Below, piece after piece: positions 25,521 through 39,233 of a stretch of DNA of 64,000 nucleotides. This stretch comes from Harriotta raleighana (taxonomy: Eukaryota). The stretch is taken from contig JBNZDD010013726.1 in assembly GCA_050575255.1 (NCBI GenBank), forward strand, positions 8,198,959-8,262,958, read 5' to 3'. Position 1 is the stretch's first letter, and the number at the start of each line of letters is the position of its first letter. Made by a program: the position numbers and the translations under genes. The notes under the pieces are model-generated. The model saw only the letters and a program-made list of their open reading frames with translations, was not told the DNA's origin and did no database searches.

Positions 25521-25592
25521 AGACGCCTCAGTTCTGAAAGCCCATAGAAAGCCCCAGGCTCAATTCTGCTAATCAAGTTATTCTTCAAATCC
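25521..25592 (-). CDS. ADGRA1: ADGRA-family adhesion GPCR, LRR exon (about exon 3): DLKNNLISRIEPGAFYGLSELRR(L)
   Basis: 72-bp phase 2-2 exon, acceptor ttcctctag|GG, donor CT|gtaagt. Classic LRR matching the recalled ADGRA2 [24 protein letters not shown] and ADGRA3 DLRNNLISSIDPGAFWGLSSLKRL. Family assignment is secure; the A1 paralog call is from recall (about 0.75). Confidence 0.93.
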
Positions 25593-28500
25593 CTAGAGGA
25601 ACACAAGGAGAATGAAGAATTAATTATAAGTTGATGAGCTGTTTTCTTAAAGTAATGAGTGAAATATGGTGATTTAATTTAAATGCTGCCTGTTTGTTTT
25701 CACAGCAATAGTGAGGAATTTGTTTCACGCCTCCCTTGCTGTTCAGAGAGGTCAAATAAAGCCAAGTATTAATGGGTGACTTGAAATTCTGCTGAACCCT
25801 TTGGCTGAATGCTTGACAGTAGAAAACATGTTCAGTGGCAGTTCTATTTAGGATGAATACTTGTGTTTGACATTCAGTTTTGGGACTGCTAAAATACACC
25901 GAAAGCTAAGGCTTTATTCTACCTGGTATTTAAGCAACACAAGCACCAGATCACTTGGATTTTGTTATGTAAGCAGCACTTAAATTGTCATAGAATATTG
26001 GTAATAAACTGAACACCTCAAAGTTGTTAGTGATTAACAAGCACCTCATATGAAGAGAGACAGCGTTTTAAGTATTTTTCTGGAAGCGAGTCATATGTCA
26101 AATTATTAAATTGTGTCCCAATTTTATTTTAACTCCAGATAACTGCACCATTGACATCACAAAAACCTGTGACAGCCTTTCTACAAAAAACTTTTTGAAA
26201 AATCCTTCAATAAACACATCCATCTTAATGCAGTACGGCCCCACCAGGTTGAATTCTCAGTAACTTCTTTTCACTTCCATACCAGAGTATATTTTATATG
26301 AAGTAAAATAATGTTGTGCTGAAGTTTTGTTTGATATTCATAAGCCGTAAGAGTTGTTCAATCACAGTTTATTCTATCACTACATCCACTTCAGTGGAAT
26401 TTACAGATTTACAATTCCATCGGCTGTCAATTATTAGGAAGATAATACAGACACTTGAGTAGTTGGAGTTCTATAAAAACTTGTTTAAAAAAGGTTCCCC
26501 AGTTGATTAACTTTTTGAAATGCTGAACTGAAATGAGATGTTAATGTCTGTTTATGGGAGTGGGTGAAAAAAAAACCAAATAAAATAATAACTCTACCCT
26601 CTTAGGAGTTTTATCAACAAATTTCAACGAGGCATATCACTTGTCTTCCCTGTACAGATGTTCCTGTGTAACGTGGAGTATCTAACAGTCTCAGCAGGAA
26701 TGTGTACCAAGAAGTGTGAGAAGACTTTGTGTGGATTTATATGGATTTCATTCTGTTAAATTAATATGATTAGATTTATAGTCACTTTTGAAGCACTTTC
26801 CTTCCACTTCCTTACCTAAATACAGTTTTTGTTTTTATTTGTACCCAGGTGTTTTGGGGATTTTATAACAATGACCTGAAGCTCAGCAGCTAGAATTTTC
26901 GCAGTTAATGTACTAAAATGATGACCAAGGTCAACAATTCAACTAAACTTTAATTTAAATTGTAGAATTAGCCTGTGTTTATCTGTAACTGTAGACTCTG
27001 TTTGTCTTGTAAGGACTTGATCCTTAACAGCTTTCTGAAGAAAAGGCTATCACAGCATCAAAATAAGTTCAAACTTAAGTGATTTTTCTTTCTTACATAT
27101 AGGGTAACCAAAAGTCTTGAAGCCACCCTATTATCTTACAAAAAAGAATGTATTGAATTTCTTCAAGACTTAATAGACATTGTAATGATACCACAACCTT
27201 TTGGTCCACCTGTAAAAAGAGAGTTCTTAATCACTTAATTGTTTCTTATTTTAAGAAATACAGGATCATATATATGATCACAAAATAGCTTGAGTTTTCT
27301 TGTCCAAGCATGCATTTTATCTGCATGTAGAGCTTATATTTTCCTACCTACCCATGAGAATTTTGACTTGTTTACTGAAAACCTTTAGTAAACTTGAGGA
27401 ACTTTGTCACAAATCTGCACTCACTTTATGCTTTTTTTCCTCATGATTTGAGGAGTTAATTTGCACTGACATGTGCAAAATCCAATACCAGCACATTTAC
27501 ACTCATTTCCAGATGTTTAGAGGTTTAGATGTTTGCAAGGAGGATGGGTATTTCGGATTCTAGCACTCCCGATTGTGCATGTTCAGCCATTCAATTGGAA
27601 AATAAATTAGAAGTGGATGGATTGTGGAATAGATCTGAAACGACCTATTTTTGGGCATTCAATCAATCAATAATTCAATCAATAATTACATTTATATTTG
27701 TGGCGAAACGCGGCAGCCAACTGGTAAATGCACAGTTTCGAACACTCTCCTTTTTCTGAGGCATCTCTTAATTGAAAGTAAGAAAAGAAGAACTTCAGCA
27801 GATTTCATTTTCAATTTAGTTTTACACTTGGTGAATGAAAATAACAATGTCTGTAGCTCAAATCTCTGGGTTTCAAGTTTGCTAGGCTGCATTGCAGGTC
27901 ATTGACACATAGAGAAAAAAAAATGCCATTCTTCAGATGGGTCTGTCTGGGTTTCATTTATTTTGATTGATTCTTACATTGTGTCTTGATTTGTTTTAAC
28001 AGCTCTGAGTACTATGTGTCTGGTGCAGTTCTGGATTCAGCTCCATGTCCTTGAAACATTTACCATGAACTTTCCTGGGGAATTTCATTCTTTTTTCTAT
28101 TAAACCAGATGTGTTTTTTCGGTTTTGTTTAATACTCTAAACTCAAATGGTCTTCAAAGTGAGGGATGCCAGTGATGTACAACAGAACGTATTCCCATTT
28201 TTTTACCCCACAGCACTGGTTAGCTCCAATAAACCAGCCTCTGTTGGAACACACAGACGTGACCCTAATTCAGATAAGTTGTTCCCACTCTACCAGTGTA
28301 ACATTTCCAATTCCACAACTTCCATGCTTTGTCTTTCAGTGAGATTGACAATTAATGCCAAATGTAGGCATTTTGTGCACCAGACACATGCTCTGTAGAG
28401 TTGTGATGGCTGTCAGAGACAGTGTGACTTCACCATGTACGTCTGACTTAGATCGAAACACAAATCTTATTTGTGAAAGGGCATTGTTCTATTGCTGTGG

Positions 28501-29133
28501 GTAATACAACCTGCCAAACCATTGATAGTTTGGCATTTGAAGAAAATAATTATTAGTTCTGCCCAATAATCCAATGTTAAATTGCACCTTCGAAACTCTT
28601 CAAAAGAAGCATCATCGCAGCTAACACTACCAATCCCTTGCACAGAATTGAGCAGTTGTATCATTTGGACTAATTTGTGACAGTCACGGAATGAATGTAG
28701 TGAATCCTATAGATATACAAATATGTATCAAGCCAATACTCTCGAATGTTGCTCAGCCACTGATTTCAGATTTTACTTCCAATTAACCCAATTTGCAGTC
28801 AAAGGACGCTCCTGTTGCCTAGCACAAGATTGGCTTTTGACCAGACTTTAAGACAGCCAGCCTCAAACATATTTGGCTTCCCACAGACTTTGCAATCTAC
28901 AAATCAAATTTATGAATAGCGTAAGTATGAACACATTAAGGCAACCATTTAGGTTATTCTAGGCCATTACTGTAATCATGTTGCCTCTTTCCTTCCAAAA
29001 CAGGAATTAAAGACCACTTCAACATGCAACAATATACAATATTATAACAGTGTAATAAGCACCCTTTTTAAATATCTACAATTATAGTATTTTGATTGTT
29101 ACATTCTTCTACTTAGAAGCTTTTATTGTCGCA

Positions 29134-29163
29134 CTTTCTCCACTTGTTAACAAGTGGAGAAAG
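29134..29163. repeat. Perfect 30-bp palindrome ctttctccacttgtt|aacaagtggagaaag
   Basis: Base-by-base reverse-complement check. Confidence 0.95.
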
Positions 29164-30409
29164 GTTGTGGTTTAGGAGTTTGTGACAGTGGAAAACTATC
29201 CCCTTTAAAGAGTTACATATTTAAAGTTGTTCACAAATCCACTCATTGCCAGATGTTCAAATCATGTGCTGTTAAACCTTTCAAAAATACAACTCCTAAC
29301 ATGTTTTTAAATCACTAGTATAGTCTATTCCCTTTCCTTCCTTACAGTATGGTTCGAGTAATATGGCACAAGCAATTTAACTCTCAAAAATTCTAAACAT
29401 CTGTTTTAGAAATGAGCCAAGGTTTTGTCAAATGTGCATGGCACAACTGCAGACCTGTTCATACTGAAGTCATATAGGACAGAATGTATCACAGAAATTA
29501 AACGAAAGATAAAATGCTTAGAATGAAACTATCAAATAGTACAAACTTATCTGCTTCACAACTCAAAGGTGTGCAGTCCATAACGCGTATTTCTGAATTA
29601 GGTTTTGAAATGTTGCATTATTTTACATATAGTAGTGGCCCTTTAAATAATATTTTACATTTCGTTGAACACACAGAAGTAATCAGATCTAGAGTTTCAC
29701 ACAGTCTGGAGAAAATGTTCTCAAATCCAACTAACTAGGTTTGTCTGCATAAAAGAAGCAATTGTTCATTTTCTATTCAGTATTCATAGTTTGGTTGCTT
29801 ACACAGATGGTCCGAGAATTAATGGTTACTTGCAATCCTCCTAATAAAGCACAATGAAGTTCATGTGAAAGAAAAAGAATTGAATTGTTGCAATTGACAG
29901 ATTTTACTGTCACTTAAAGCACATCCTGGCCGAACTGCTCTAGACTACCACTGGTCTCATATCAAGAAGCTAGTATAGTTCAGAGCTGTATAAAGTGATA
30001 AGTATTCCAGTGGTCAGATGTCAAAACTAATTTGCATTTTGAACATCGAAATTTGGCTCCCTTATACTTCAGTCTGGGAAATCTTTCACAGAAGCACCTG
30101 CCTCTGTCTATCGGACAATTGTACTGCTCTTATAATGATGAGAAAAGCAGGGCTGGTGGGTCATAGGCCACTGATCTGTCTGCCACAACTTGGTCTCTAA
30201 TCAGGCAGAACAAAATTTCTGTGCTACCTCAAATAAAGTCTTATGCCTTGTTGGTTCCACACTTGATCATTTTGTTTCAAATAAACAAACTTCTTACAAC
30301 TTTTCACGCTTCAAGGAATACTGCCATTTTAAACCAAACCACCACTATTTGATACACAAATAAATGAAATGAATATTGCAATAATATATTTACTCACTAT
30401 ACAATTTAC

Positions 30410-30487
30410 AGTTTCACCCTGCCTGGAATCAAACCCATGTCTCTCACTTGCAAGGCAACTGCACTAACCACTGATCTACAGGACTCC
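30410..30487 (-). mobile_element. SINE tRNA-like head only
   Basis: gtttcaccctgcctggaatcaaacccatgtctctcacttgcaaggc...ctaaccactga...ggactcc is the reverse complement of the family 5' end. Confidence 0.8.
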
Positions 30488-33400
30488 AATGGATATTAAA
30501 CACAACAGAACTTGTTTTGCTTATGCACATTGAATTATCTTTCCACAATTAATAATGATGAAGTGATTAGTTGTCCTGCATGTTAACCTCTTGTCACATT
30601 CTAAATATTGATGAATAACATGAGGAAAATACTGTCCATATCCTGTAAATACATTCAGTTTGATTGAGAAGTGAATTGAAGTGTGGATTGATGACCCATA
30701 TCTATGCCTCAATTTGAGTCCTAGACATTCCCAAGACTGGATCCACAAAGCAAAGTTGAAATCAAATGTTGTACTGTATATTGTTGGCTGAATAGTGTGT
30801 ATTTTGCAGGTGAATATGGCCGGCCATAGTGTAGCTTTTGATTTACACAATTGGACAAATGTAGTGAAAATTATCATTTGGTGCCAACTACAATTGCAAA
30901 AGAGCATTTCTATTAAAGCTCAGAGAACGAGTGGTTTTGTGGTAACTTATCACAATCTTCAGTGATTTCGCATCCTGAATGCAAAGCTTGCTGTTTCTTG
31001 CTGAATAAGTTGCCCGTGTGCTTGCCATTTTAAAACCATGTACAGTATTAAGTTGGTTAACTGTTGTTGAAGACTTCTAATCAGAGCCATAAAATAAAAC
31101 CTGACCCTGCTATATTCAATTAGAAAGGAACTGTATGAAGAGGCCTTTGGGCCAATACCATTTGTACAACATCTCATGATTTGTGCACTCTGCATTAACA
31201 TCACCCTCATCACATACATTTAGAGCCTAATACAACTAAATTGTCTTCCTGTTGTTAAACCTTGCTCAGCAAAACAACTTTTCTTGTACAGTATTTCTAT
31301 TCTTTCCTTCCTTGTGCTAAAAAAAATTATAATGAAGGAGGGCAATTGAAGGTCACCAACGTATTGTTCTCAAGATCTCATGACAGCATCCTGTATAATG
31401 GGAAGAGAGTTTAATGAAGGATTTTCAGCGCACAGATTAAATGAAAAATTACAGAACAAACAAGGCAGCTAACCTTGTCCATTGCATATTTATTGTTCTT
31501 CGCCAGCGCTGCCTTCCCAGGTTCCCCACCAGTGCTGTTGCTGGCAAGCTTTCAAATATGCAAGCCTATACCCTCACAATCGGGCTGATGTAAGGTAGGT
31601 TGCTCGGAAAGCTGTGAAATGTTCTGTACTCCAAGTCATAGGGAGGGGCTGTAGAAAATGAATTGTTGTGGTTTATTTAAAAATACTTATCAAGTTTATG
31701 AGGTAAACGTTGCACTTTACGTTTTATCACTGTAATATTGGTGTTGTGTTCAGGGTCATGGTATATTAGCTGATTTTAAAAAAATACTGGTGATCCTGGA
31801 TTTCTTTGAACAACTTGGTACACAGAGGGTTAATTACTGTGAGTTGGACACCATGAATTACCATACATGAATAGAAAAAAATAGCATTCTTACAGCTGTG
31901 GTAAGTGTATAAACCATGCTTAACTATTGCCAAGGGAGTCTTTATGGAGGTATGTGATGATGCAGCATGTGATGATATAAGTTCTCTGTGACTTAAAGCT
32001 TAGAGTTATCTCCAGTACGATTGACTCCTAAAGGTAATTACTGATTACTCAAACATGCCTTTTTCAATTGCTTAGTCCATCAATGGCTGAAGTTATTACC
32101 GTGCGGGTTCAAGAGAAGGCAGCAGGAAACAGGCCATCAAAGTTAATTCTTTTGTAAATGTTGAATCAATTCTTACAAGCTCAAAAGGTATAAAATCACC
32201 TAGAAATAGTCAAAGCATGTGTAAGTCAACAACATGTGAATCTGATTTGAACTCAAACACGGATCTGAAAATTGTTTACAGGGAGGAGCTTGGATAAGCT
32301 ATTGAGAAACATTAGCAGGGATGTGGAACAAAAGTTAATCATTGTTTTTTCTACAACGATTGAAACACCACCATTTTCTGACCAAAGACATCCGACAAGT
32401 TCTCTTCTCTCAATATCTCATGCATAATTCTCTTGAAAATGTAACCTCAGCGATCCTACGAAGATAAATATCTGCAATTTTCTAACAGATCTACTTGAAA
32501 ACAATTTGTTTATGAAATAGGATTTTTTTTCAATGTTAACATTTCTTACCAAAGTGTAACCATTGCTAAAGCTTAGGTTCCCACTGATCAACAATCAGAT
32601 TTGTAAGCATATCACTGGGATTCAAATAACTCTTTTTGTTAAAACTCCGGAGCAGGCAGGAGGAAAAAATAATGAATGTTTGCCTCTGCATACAAGGTTC
32701 ATCAGAAAGAAATCAGCAGACTGTAAGTGTCTCACTTCACAGGAATCCAGAGTATCACTAAGCTGACAGAATCCGGTCCTCACGTGATGGCAATTTGTTT
32801 ATAGGATAGAATATTTGTCTCCCAATTTCCTGATTACAATGACTTCATATTTGAGTTTAGGCAGGACAGGCTAGAAATATAAATCAGTTCCCATTTTGTT
32901 TGATAGAGAAATCTCCTGGCCCAAGGGCAAGGGCTACAGCTGGACAAACTCAAAGCACGAAAGAACATAAAAGGTTCCACTCCTATGCTTCATTGCAACA
33001 CTCATTACATTTCAGGGATATGGCCTGGAGTGAATTTAGAGTTTGGGCTGTTTTCTGGTCATGACTTATCTTACCAGGAGGGTGCAGGCAATTGGGTCAG
33101 AGATTAAAATACATCATGGATGAAGCCAGCGAACCAATGCTGGGCCCAACATTCAGATCCCACCTTAAATACAGACTATATAAGCCAATTTCTATTTCCA
33201 AATCCTACATGTGAATTAGTGGGTTTGACCCAAAATATACATGCGAGTTCAATGACATCATGTTCAAAAATGTAAAATACAATTTGTGACTAGATATCCT
33301 AACTGGCCAAATGCCACAAAATCTTGGCCACTTGCACAGATTTAATGGAAAACAGAGCTTTGAACTCTTGTCAAGTCAACAGCCTGTCTGAAATATATCT

Positions 33401-34184
33401 GAGCTTCTCAAAGTCACACATGCATGAAATCATAACAAGCCAAACCAATCGTGACCAGGATTCAACTACAACTTATATACAAATGGAGTTCTGTGTTGAA
33501 GAGGAGGCTGGGTAGCTGCTGTTCAAAACTGTTTATGTAACAATATGCTACATGTCGAGAAAAAAAAACTAAACATACTGGGCCTAACCAGACTTTCTAA
33601 AAACAAAAAAAAGGACCATGTGTCAGGAAGGAGAGGAATTATAAAGACCAGGGGCTTGATTTTAATCCTGCTATCAATGCACAGTGTCAGTTATTTTATG
33701 CTTGAAAACTGGGTACGTTTTGGCCATTTTATAAAGACTATCTATGATCATGAAAATGACCCTTATCCTAATGAATTCAATCCCATGTGTGCTTAATTGG
33801 ATTGAGTGGACTGGCTCTTTGTGGCTGGATCTTGCTCCTTTGTTTGCCAAGAGACTTAAGTCTGTGAAGTTGCTTTGGGTTTATGGTCCACAACATACAT
33901 CTGCAGCTCACAATTTCCATTATTTTGCTATCAGCTCTACAGCAGTATTGTAATGACATCCAAATACCGAGGGTATACAAGGGGCATCAGCATAAGTGAG
34001 TTGCAACACACAATTCCGCTTCCTTCATGTCAGATAGTGACTTTGGTTTCTTCTCAATCTTGCATATCCTTTCTTGTTTTACAGACTTGAAAATCAACCA
34101 ACTCTTTGTACATCACTGTGAGTGGGTGTGGGGTGGGGGGAAGGTCATACTTGTGTCAGTAAAAGTTCAGAGGAGTTTGATGCA

Positions 34185-34312
34185 CATATATACTGTATAT
34201 ATATATATATATACATATACAGTCCATTTACTTTACAGTATATTCTGTGAAGCGCTTTGAGACTTTTATAAGATGTGAAAAGTACAAAATCAAATGCAAA
34301 ATTATTATTATC
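34185..34312 (+). mobile_element. (TA)n microsatellite plus SINE 3' part
   Basis: (ta)n at about 34197-34213, then acagtccatttactttacagtatattctgtgaagcgctttgagac. Confidence 0.85.
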
Positions 34313-34764
34313 ATTTGATAGAATCTCAATGTGTCTCAGTCTGAAATGCTGTACATACTCCATATGTTACAGTATATAGAAACTCATTATGTGCAGTACT
34401 GTTATTCTGTTTGTGATACAGCAACTGAATTCAAATGCTATTCAATTGCTTTATTCAAGGAAATCTAACTTTACACTGCTATTAGCATTCATTTACCATC
34501 AGTGTATAATAAAGGGAATAATTACATGAAATTAAATACTCAGTGACGGAATACATTTTAAGCAAAAACAAATGTTATCTCCTACTATGTAAGGAGTTGA
34601 AATGTGAACATAAACTGTGAAAACGGGTCTATCAAGCAATCTGCACTGACATCTTTAGTGGACAACAAGTAGGAAGGAAGATTCAGCATGTTTCAGGATA
34701 GTTGCTGATAGCAGGACGTTGCTGAACTGTTGATCACTATTATTCTCTTCTATCTCTCCTTTCA

Positions 34765-35100
34765 GTACATGCTCTACAATCTTCTTCGACCCTCAACTGT
34801 CCACTTAACAGCTTCTGGCCTGCTCCATGTCTCTCGCCTTGCCCTCTCTACCATTGACGGTCGAGCATGCAGTCTTTCTGCCCCCAGCCCCTGGAGTCTC
34901 TTTGCCTTATCCTGTCCCTTGCTTCAAGCCCTGTCTCAAGACCTTCTTTGATTATGCCTTTGCCAATCCCTCCACACCATATTCTCCACCCTCTTGATTC
35001 CAACCCCCCAACTGGGAACAAGCTCTTGTCTATCCAGCGCCTTTGAACGTTCTTCTGATGTGAAAGACGCTATATAAATAAATATTGTTGCTGTTGTTGA
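34765..35100 (+). mobile_element. L2 LINE 3' end
   Basis: tctggcctgctc...ccattgacggtcgagc...tctcaagacc...cagcgcctttgaacgttc...aaagacgctatataaat...ttgttgctgttgtt. Confidence 0.85.
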
Positions 35101-36559
35101 ATAGAACTGGTTGCTTTAACAGGTTTGATTGATTGTACATTGAATCCAAATAAAAAATGTGGGAACATGCAATATTTGTATCTTCTTTCTTTGAGAATGA
35201 AAAATGAGCATTTATGTTGTCTGTCTGCCAGACCATAAATGGAAATGTTTTCTTTCAATCGTGTCAGGCCACCCGTTTCTGGAATGCAACTATTTGGACT
35301 TGAACAATGCTCATTTCGTAATATTAAAATGGTACCTTGGAATTTTTCCTCGATTTAATAGAATTTAGCTAAGCCAATTGCCCAGTAAGGTGTGGTTTTC
35401 GAACTCAAGAAAGCTCAAGATAAAATTCATTAACCTGAGCAATTTGCCCTGTAGAGATCTTTCCACGATGCAAAAGCAGATGTTTCTTGAATACCTGCTG
35501 AGGGATCTCTGAGGCTTTAGACACAGCTGTTAATAGGCACTACCTGGTATTGGGTTCAGGAGTATCTATGATCCTGAACCCAAGTTCAATTCAGGGAGCT
35601 GAAGCTCCACTTGATGCTTTATGATCAGGCATCCCCTGTACTCAAGCACCATTGTAAGGAGAAAGAGCTGTCATGGCCCAGTACTGTATTTGTATTGTAT
35701 ACCTGTCACAACACTGTGTCCTTTTGTGAAGCACGTTGGGGCATTTTATGTGAAATGTACTTGAGAAATGTAAGTATTTGTGCAAACACAAAGGCCATCA
35801 GGACTGCCAATTCATGGTGAATCATAGTAAGGTCATTGGATTTTTATACAGATTTTTACGAGCGATTGTGACAACACCAACAAAATTACATTTGTATATT
35901 GTCTCAAATACTGTGGCAAATACATTATTATTGCTGTTTGTTTCCAAACAATTTTTAAAAAGCGTTGAAGAAAGCTTCTTTAAATTAAGCATAACAAGAA
36001 TGTGAAGGAGGCCGACTATTTCTGTAAAGTTGATTCCAGGAGCATAAAGATTATTCATAATAAGCAATTGCAACACAGACTCCAAGGAGTCTGCAGTTGA
36101 ATCACTAAAGAATATATATCATACAGTTCAAAAGGAGTTTTGATTTAAAGTTGGCAAATTAGAAAACACTAGCTGGCAGCTAGTTTTATACTGGCCTGAC
36201 ATTTTTATATTTCCATTATTGCTATCTCCAATTTCTACAATGCAAAATCTAACCATTTTGTAACAAGAAAGGTCAAAGGATTAAATTACTAACCATTTAA
36301 AAAAATTATTAACTGTCATTATAAATAATATCACCCTCCCCTACACCCCCCACCCCCCATATTAAGAATGACACTACTCTTTTCTGAACTCACTCTTTCT
36401 CCAATTCCCACCTCTTGTGGTGGGAGACATTTCAATCAAACATTTGTAGTTCTGATTGAATTGAGAGAGTAGAATAATATAACTCATCCTAAAATTCCAG
36501 CAAAATTTCATAGATATTTATATTGCATTATAAAAATCCACGTTATCAGCATGAAACTA

Positions 36560-36912
36560 CGAAATACAGTTACCACACTTTACAATAATTCCTGTGAAGT
36601 GCTCAGAGATATCCTCTCATGTGAAAGCTGTGATATCAAATGGAAGGATTATTATTGTTATTAAAGTTTAGTTTACTCATGGAAAAGATTTAGTCTTTAA
36701 AAGATCATGTTCTCTGAAACCACAATTAATAAAAGTTTATTAGATAATTGTTTGGGGGAAGAAAATGTTTGCCATGAAGAGAGCGCAGTGGAGAGGGATT
36801 GATTTGGATAGCTCTTTTGAAAAGCCAGCACAGACACGATGGGCTGAATGACAACAACAACAAAATTACATTTGTAGAACACCTTTCCCATTGGGAGGAC
36901 AGCCCAAGGCGT
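36560..36912. mobile_element. Cluster of fragments: SINE tail (+, about 36560-36660), CR1 3' end (+, about 36745-36850), L2 tail (-, about 36850-36912)
   Basis: gagggattgatttggatagctcttttgaaaagccagcacagacacgatgggctgaatg directly abuts acaacaacaacaaaattacatttgtagaac. Confidence 0.8.
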
Positions 36913-38707
36913 TGACCTCCTTCACTGATGTATAATTTTATGCTTATTTTTATATAATAAACTGGAACTGTAATTTTTGGGGTTTGTTTTGCCTACTGTT
37001 TTGAGTATTCAAAAATTGATGGGGCTCGTGAGGTTTTAATGATGCACAATGCATTGGAAGATGCTGTAGAGCATGAATTCTGAATGGAATAGCATATGTT
37101 CCAGTGCTTTAAGATAACTGGTTGTTGGGTGGCTTTGTTCCAGACATTAGGAATATTCTCCCCTTGCCTAGTTGCTTGGGATCTGGATCTTTTTGAGCTG
37201 CCTAACTACCCTATCAAAATGCCCCTCAAATGCCAGGCCTGTGGAACTTCCAATTTGCTGGACTCTCCTAGAGGGAAGATGTGTATATATATCTCCCCCA
37301 GAATATTTGAGCACAACTGAAAGAGTGCCAAAAAAAAAAACTTGCTAACTGATATTACCGTACCTCTTTCAACATTTGTCTACCAAGTCTGTCTTGCCTA
37401 TCAGTCACTATAGAAAGGGTAGTCTGACATTTTGTTCTCTGATCTCTGCCAATGCACTGTTGCTAAGCATTTTGGATATAATCTGGAGAAATATTGAATG
37501 TTCTGAAACTTGGCTTAAGCAAATATATTTTTGAGAAAGTCAAGGTAACCCTGGTACTAGACACTAAGGAATCAAACACATATTTCAATGCCTTAATGGG
37601 ACCATCAAGGATGCCCTGAATTAAACTGCCTACGAACAAGGATGCATTCCATTCTGAAACCGCAATTTCACCATCAATCACATCCATTCCAACTCATACT
37701 GTATCTTCCTTCCCAGTTGAATTTTATACTATGCGGCATTATAGTGCATCATTCCATTCAGCGCATACTGCCTATCAACAAACACTTGCAAATGGGAATG
37801 TTCCAATAAGTTGAGATGATGCCACTTATTATGTTATACGAGATGCATTGTTTTGTGTCACACATGTATCAGTGTGTAGTTGATCATCCTGATTAAGAAC
37901 AAGTAACAGAGGTATTGTTACAGTAAGTGAAAACAATAGCAAAATATGTATAACTAGGCATAGGTTGAAATGAGGGCTGGAAAATGGTTAGTATTATTTA
38001 TGTTGATATCCTTGAATAAACTGAATGGTTTCTATGCTGCTGAAGCCTGGAGAAATGACAACCGGGTTATGGAGGAAGGAAAGTGTATTTACATTCAGGA
38101 GATTTGGGAATGGATCAATATTTGGGAGTGTTTGATTGGTTACCTTTGGCAAACAGGAGGATCTGTGTAGAATTTTTTCTTGGGCCATACAGTGTGTGAG
38201 ATGGAAACCCCGATGTGATAGGTTGACATAATCTGCGAAAGGTGATGGCTTGATCCACTTCTCTTTTTCGTCCCTCTCCCTTTATTAGTACGGACTTGGT
38301 TTAAAATTCTTCAGCTGTTTTCCATCTATCTTGTGGAGATACTAATCCTCATCCAAACCTCAATATAAATCCTTTTGAATATTCTAAACTTTGCGCACTT
38401 CATTGTAATCTCCATTGTTGCATTTTAATTGGAATTGCCAGTTTTCAGGATGACCCATTTAGTGGAGAGAATAAGGTTATTAAGAATTGAAGCTATGTCT
38501 AGTCCTATCACTGTACTCGAAAGCAGATCCAGGGAAACCCAACCAAAGTGTTGAATAAAACAGGAATTTGTGATAAAATTTAATACATTCTGTAAAATTG
38601 ATCCTGATCTTTTAACTATTTAGACTGAACCTGAACAGAAATAGATTTAGGGTCTAGAAATGCACGGTGTACTACTGCTAGATATCTTTTCATTTACAAT
38701 GCATCAT

Positions 38708-39105
38708 CACAGAATTATGCAGCATAGAAGGAGGCCATTTGGCCCATCGTGTCTGTGTTGGCTCTTTGAATAGAACTGTCCAAATCAATCCCACTCCCCG
38801 GTGTTCTCCCCATAGCCTTACAAACTTGTTCTCCACAAATAATTATCCACTTCTCTCTTAAAAGTTGCGATTGAATTGGCTTCCACCCCCGTTTTAAGCA
38901 ACGCATTCCAACTTGCTGCATTAAAAACATTTCTCCTCATCTGTGTTTCTTTTAACAACTATTTTAAATCCATGTCCTCGGGTTACCAACCCATTCGCCA
39001 ATGGAAATAGTTTCTCCTTGTTCACCCTATCGAAACCCCTCTTAATTCTGAAAACTTCCATTAAGTCTCTTCTTTATCTTCTCAGCTCCAAGGAGAGTAA
39101 TCCTT
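38708..39105 (-). mobile_element. CR1-clade LINE 3' fragment
   Basis: Minus strand encodes the WNAL...VEANSIATFKREVDNYL-type CR1 ORF2 end. 3' UTR gatgggccaaatggcctccttctatgctg; homologous to 61408-61706. Confidence 0.9.
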
Positions 39106-39109
39106 GTTC

Positions 39110-39233
39110 GGTCAGGGTATTAAGCGATCTGGGGCAAGGGTGGATAATTGGACGTGAGGTAGAGATCAGCCATGATCTTACAGAATGACGGAACAGGCTC
39201 GAGGGGCTGATTGGCCTCCTCCTGTTTCTATGT
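39110..39233 (+). mobile_element. CR1 3' end (second family)
   Basis: gatcagccatgatctt..gaatgacggaacaggctcgaggggctgattggcctcctcctgtttctatg; related copy at about 56400-56495. Confidence 0.85.

Noticed and set aside
27140-27209. Minus-strand segment with a good acceptor (ctctttttacag|G) and gtaaga donor, tested as the missing LRR exon
   Set aside because: It is 70 bp rather than 72, has a stop in the required phase-2 frame and shows no LRR pattern.
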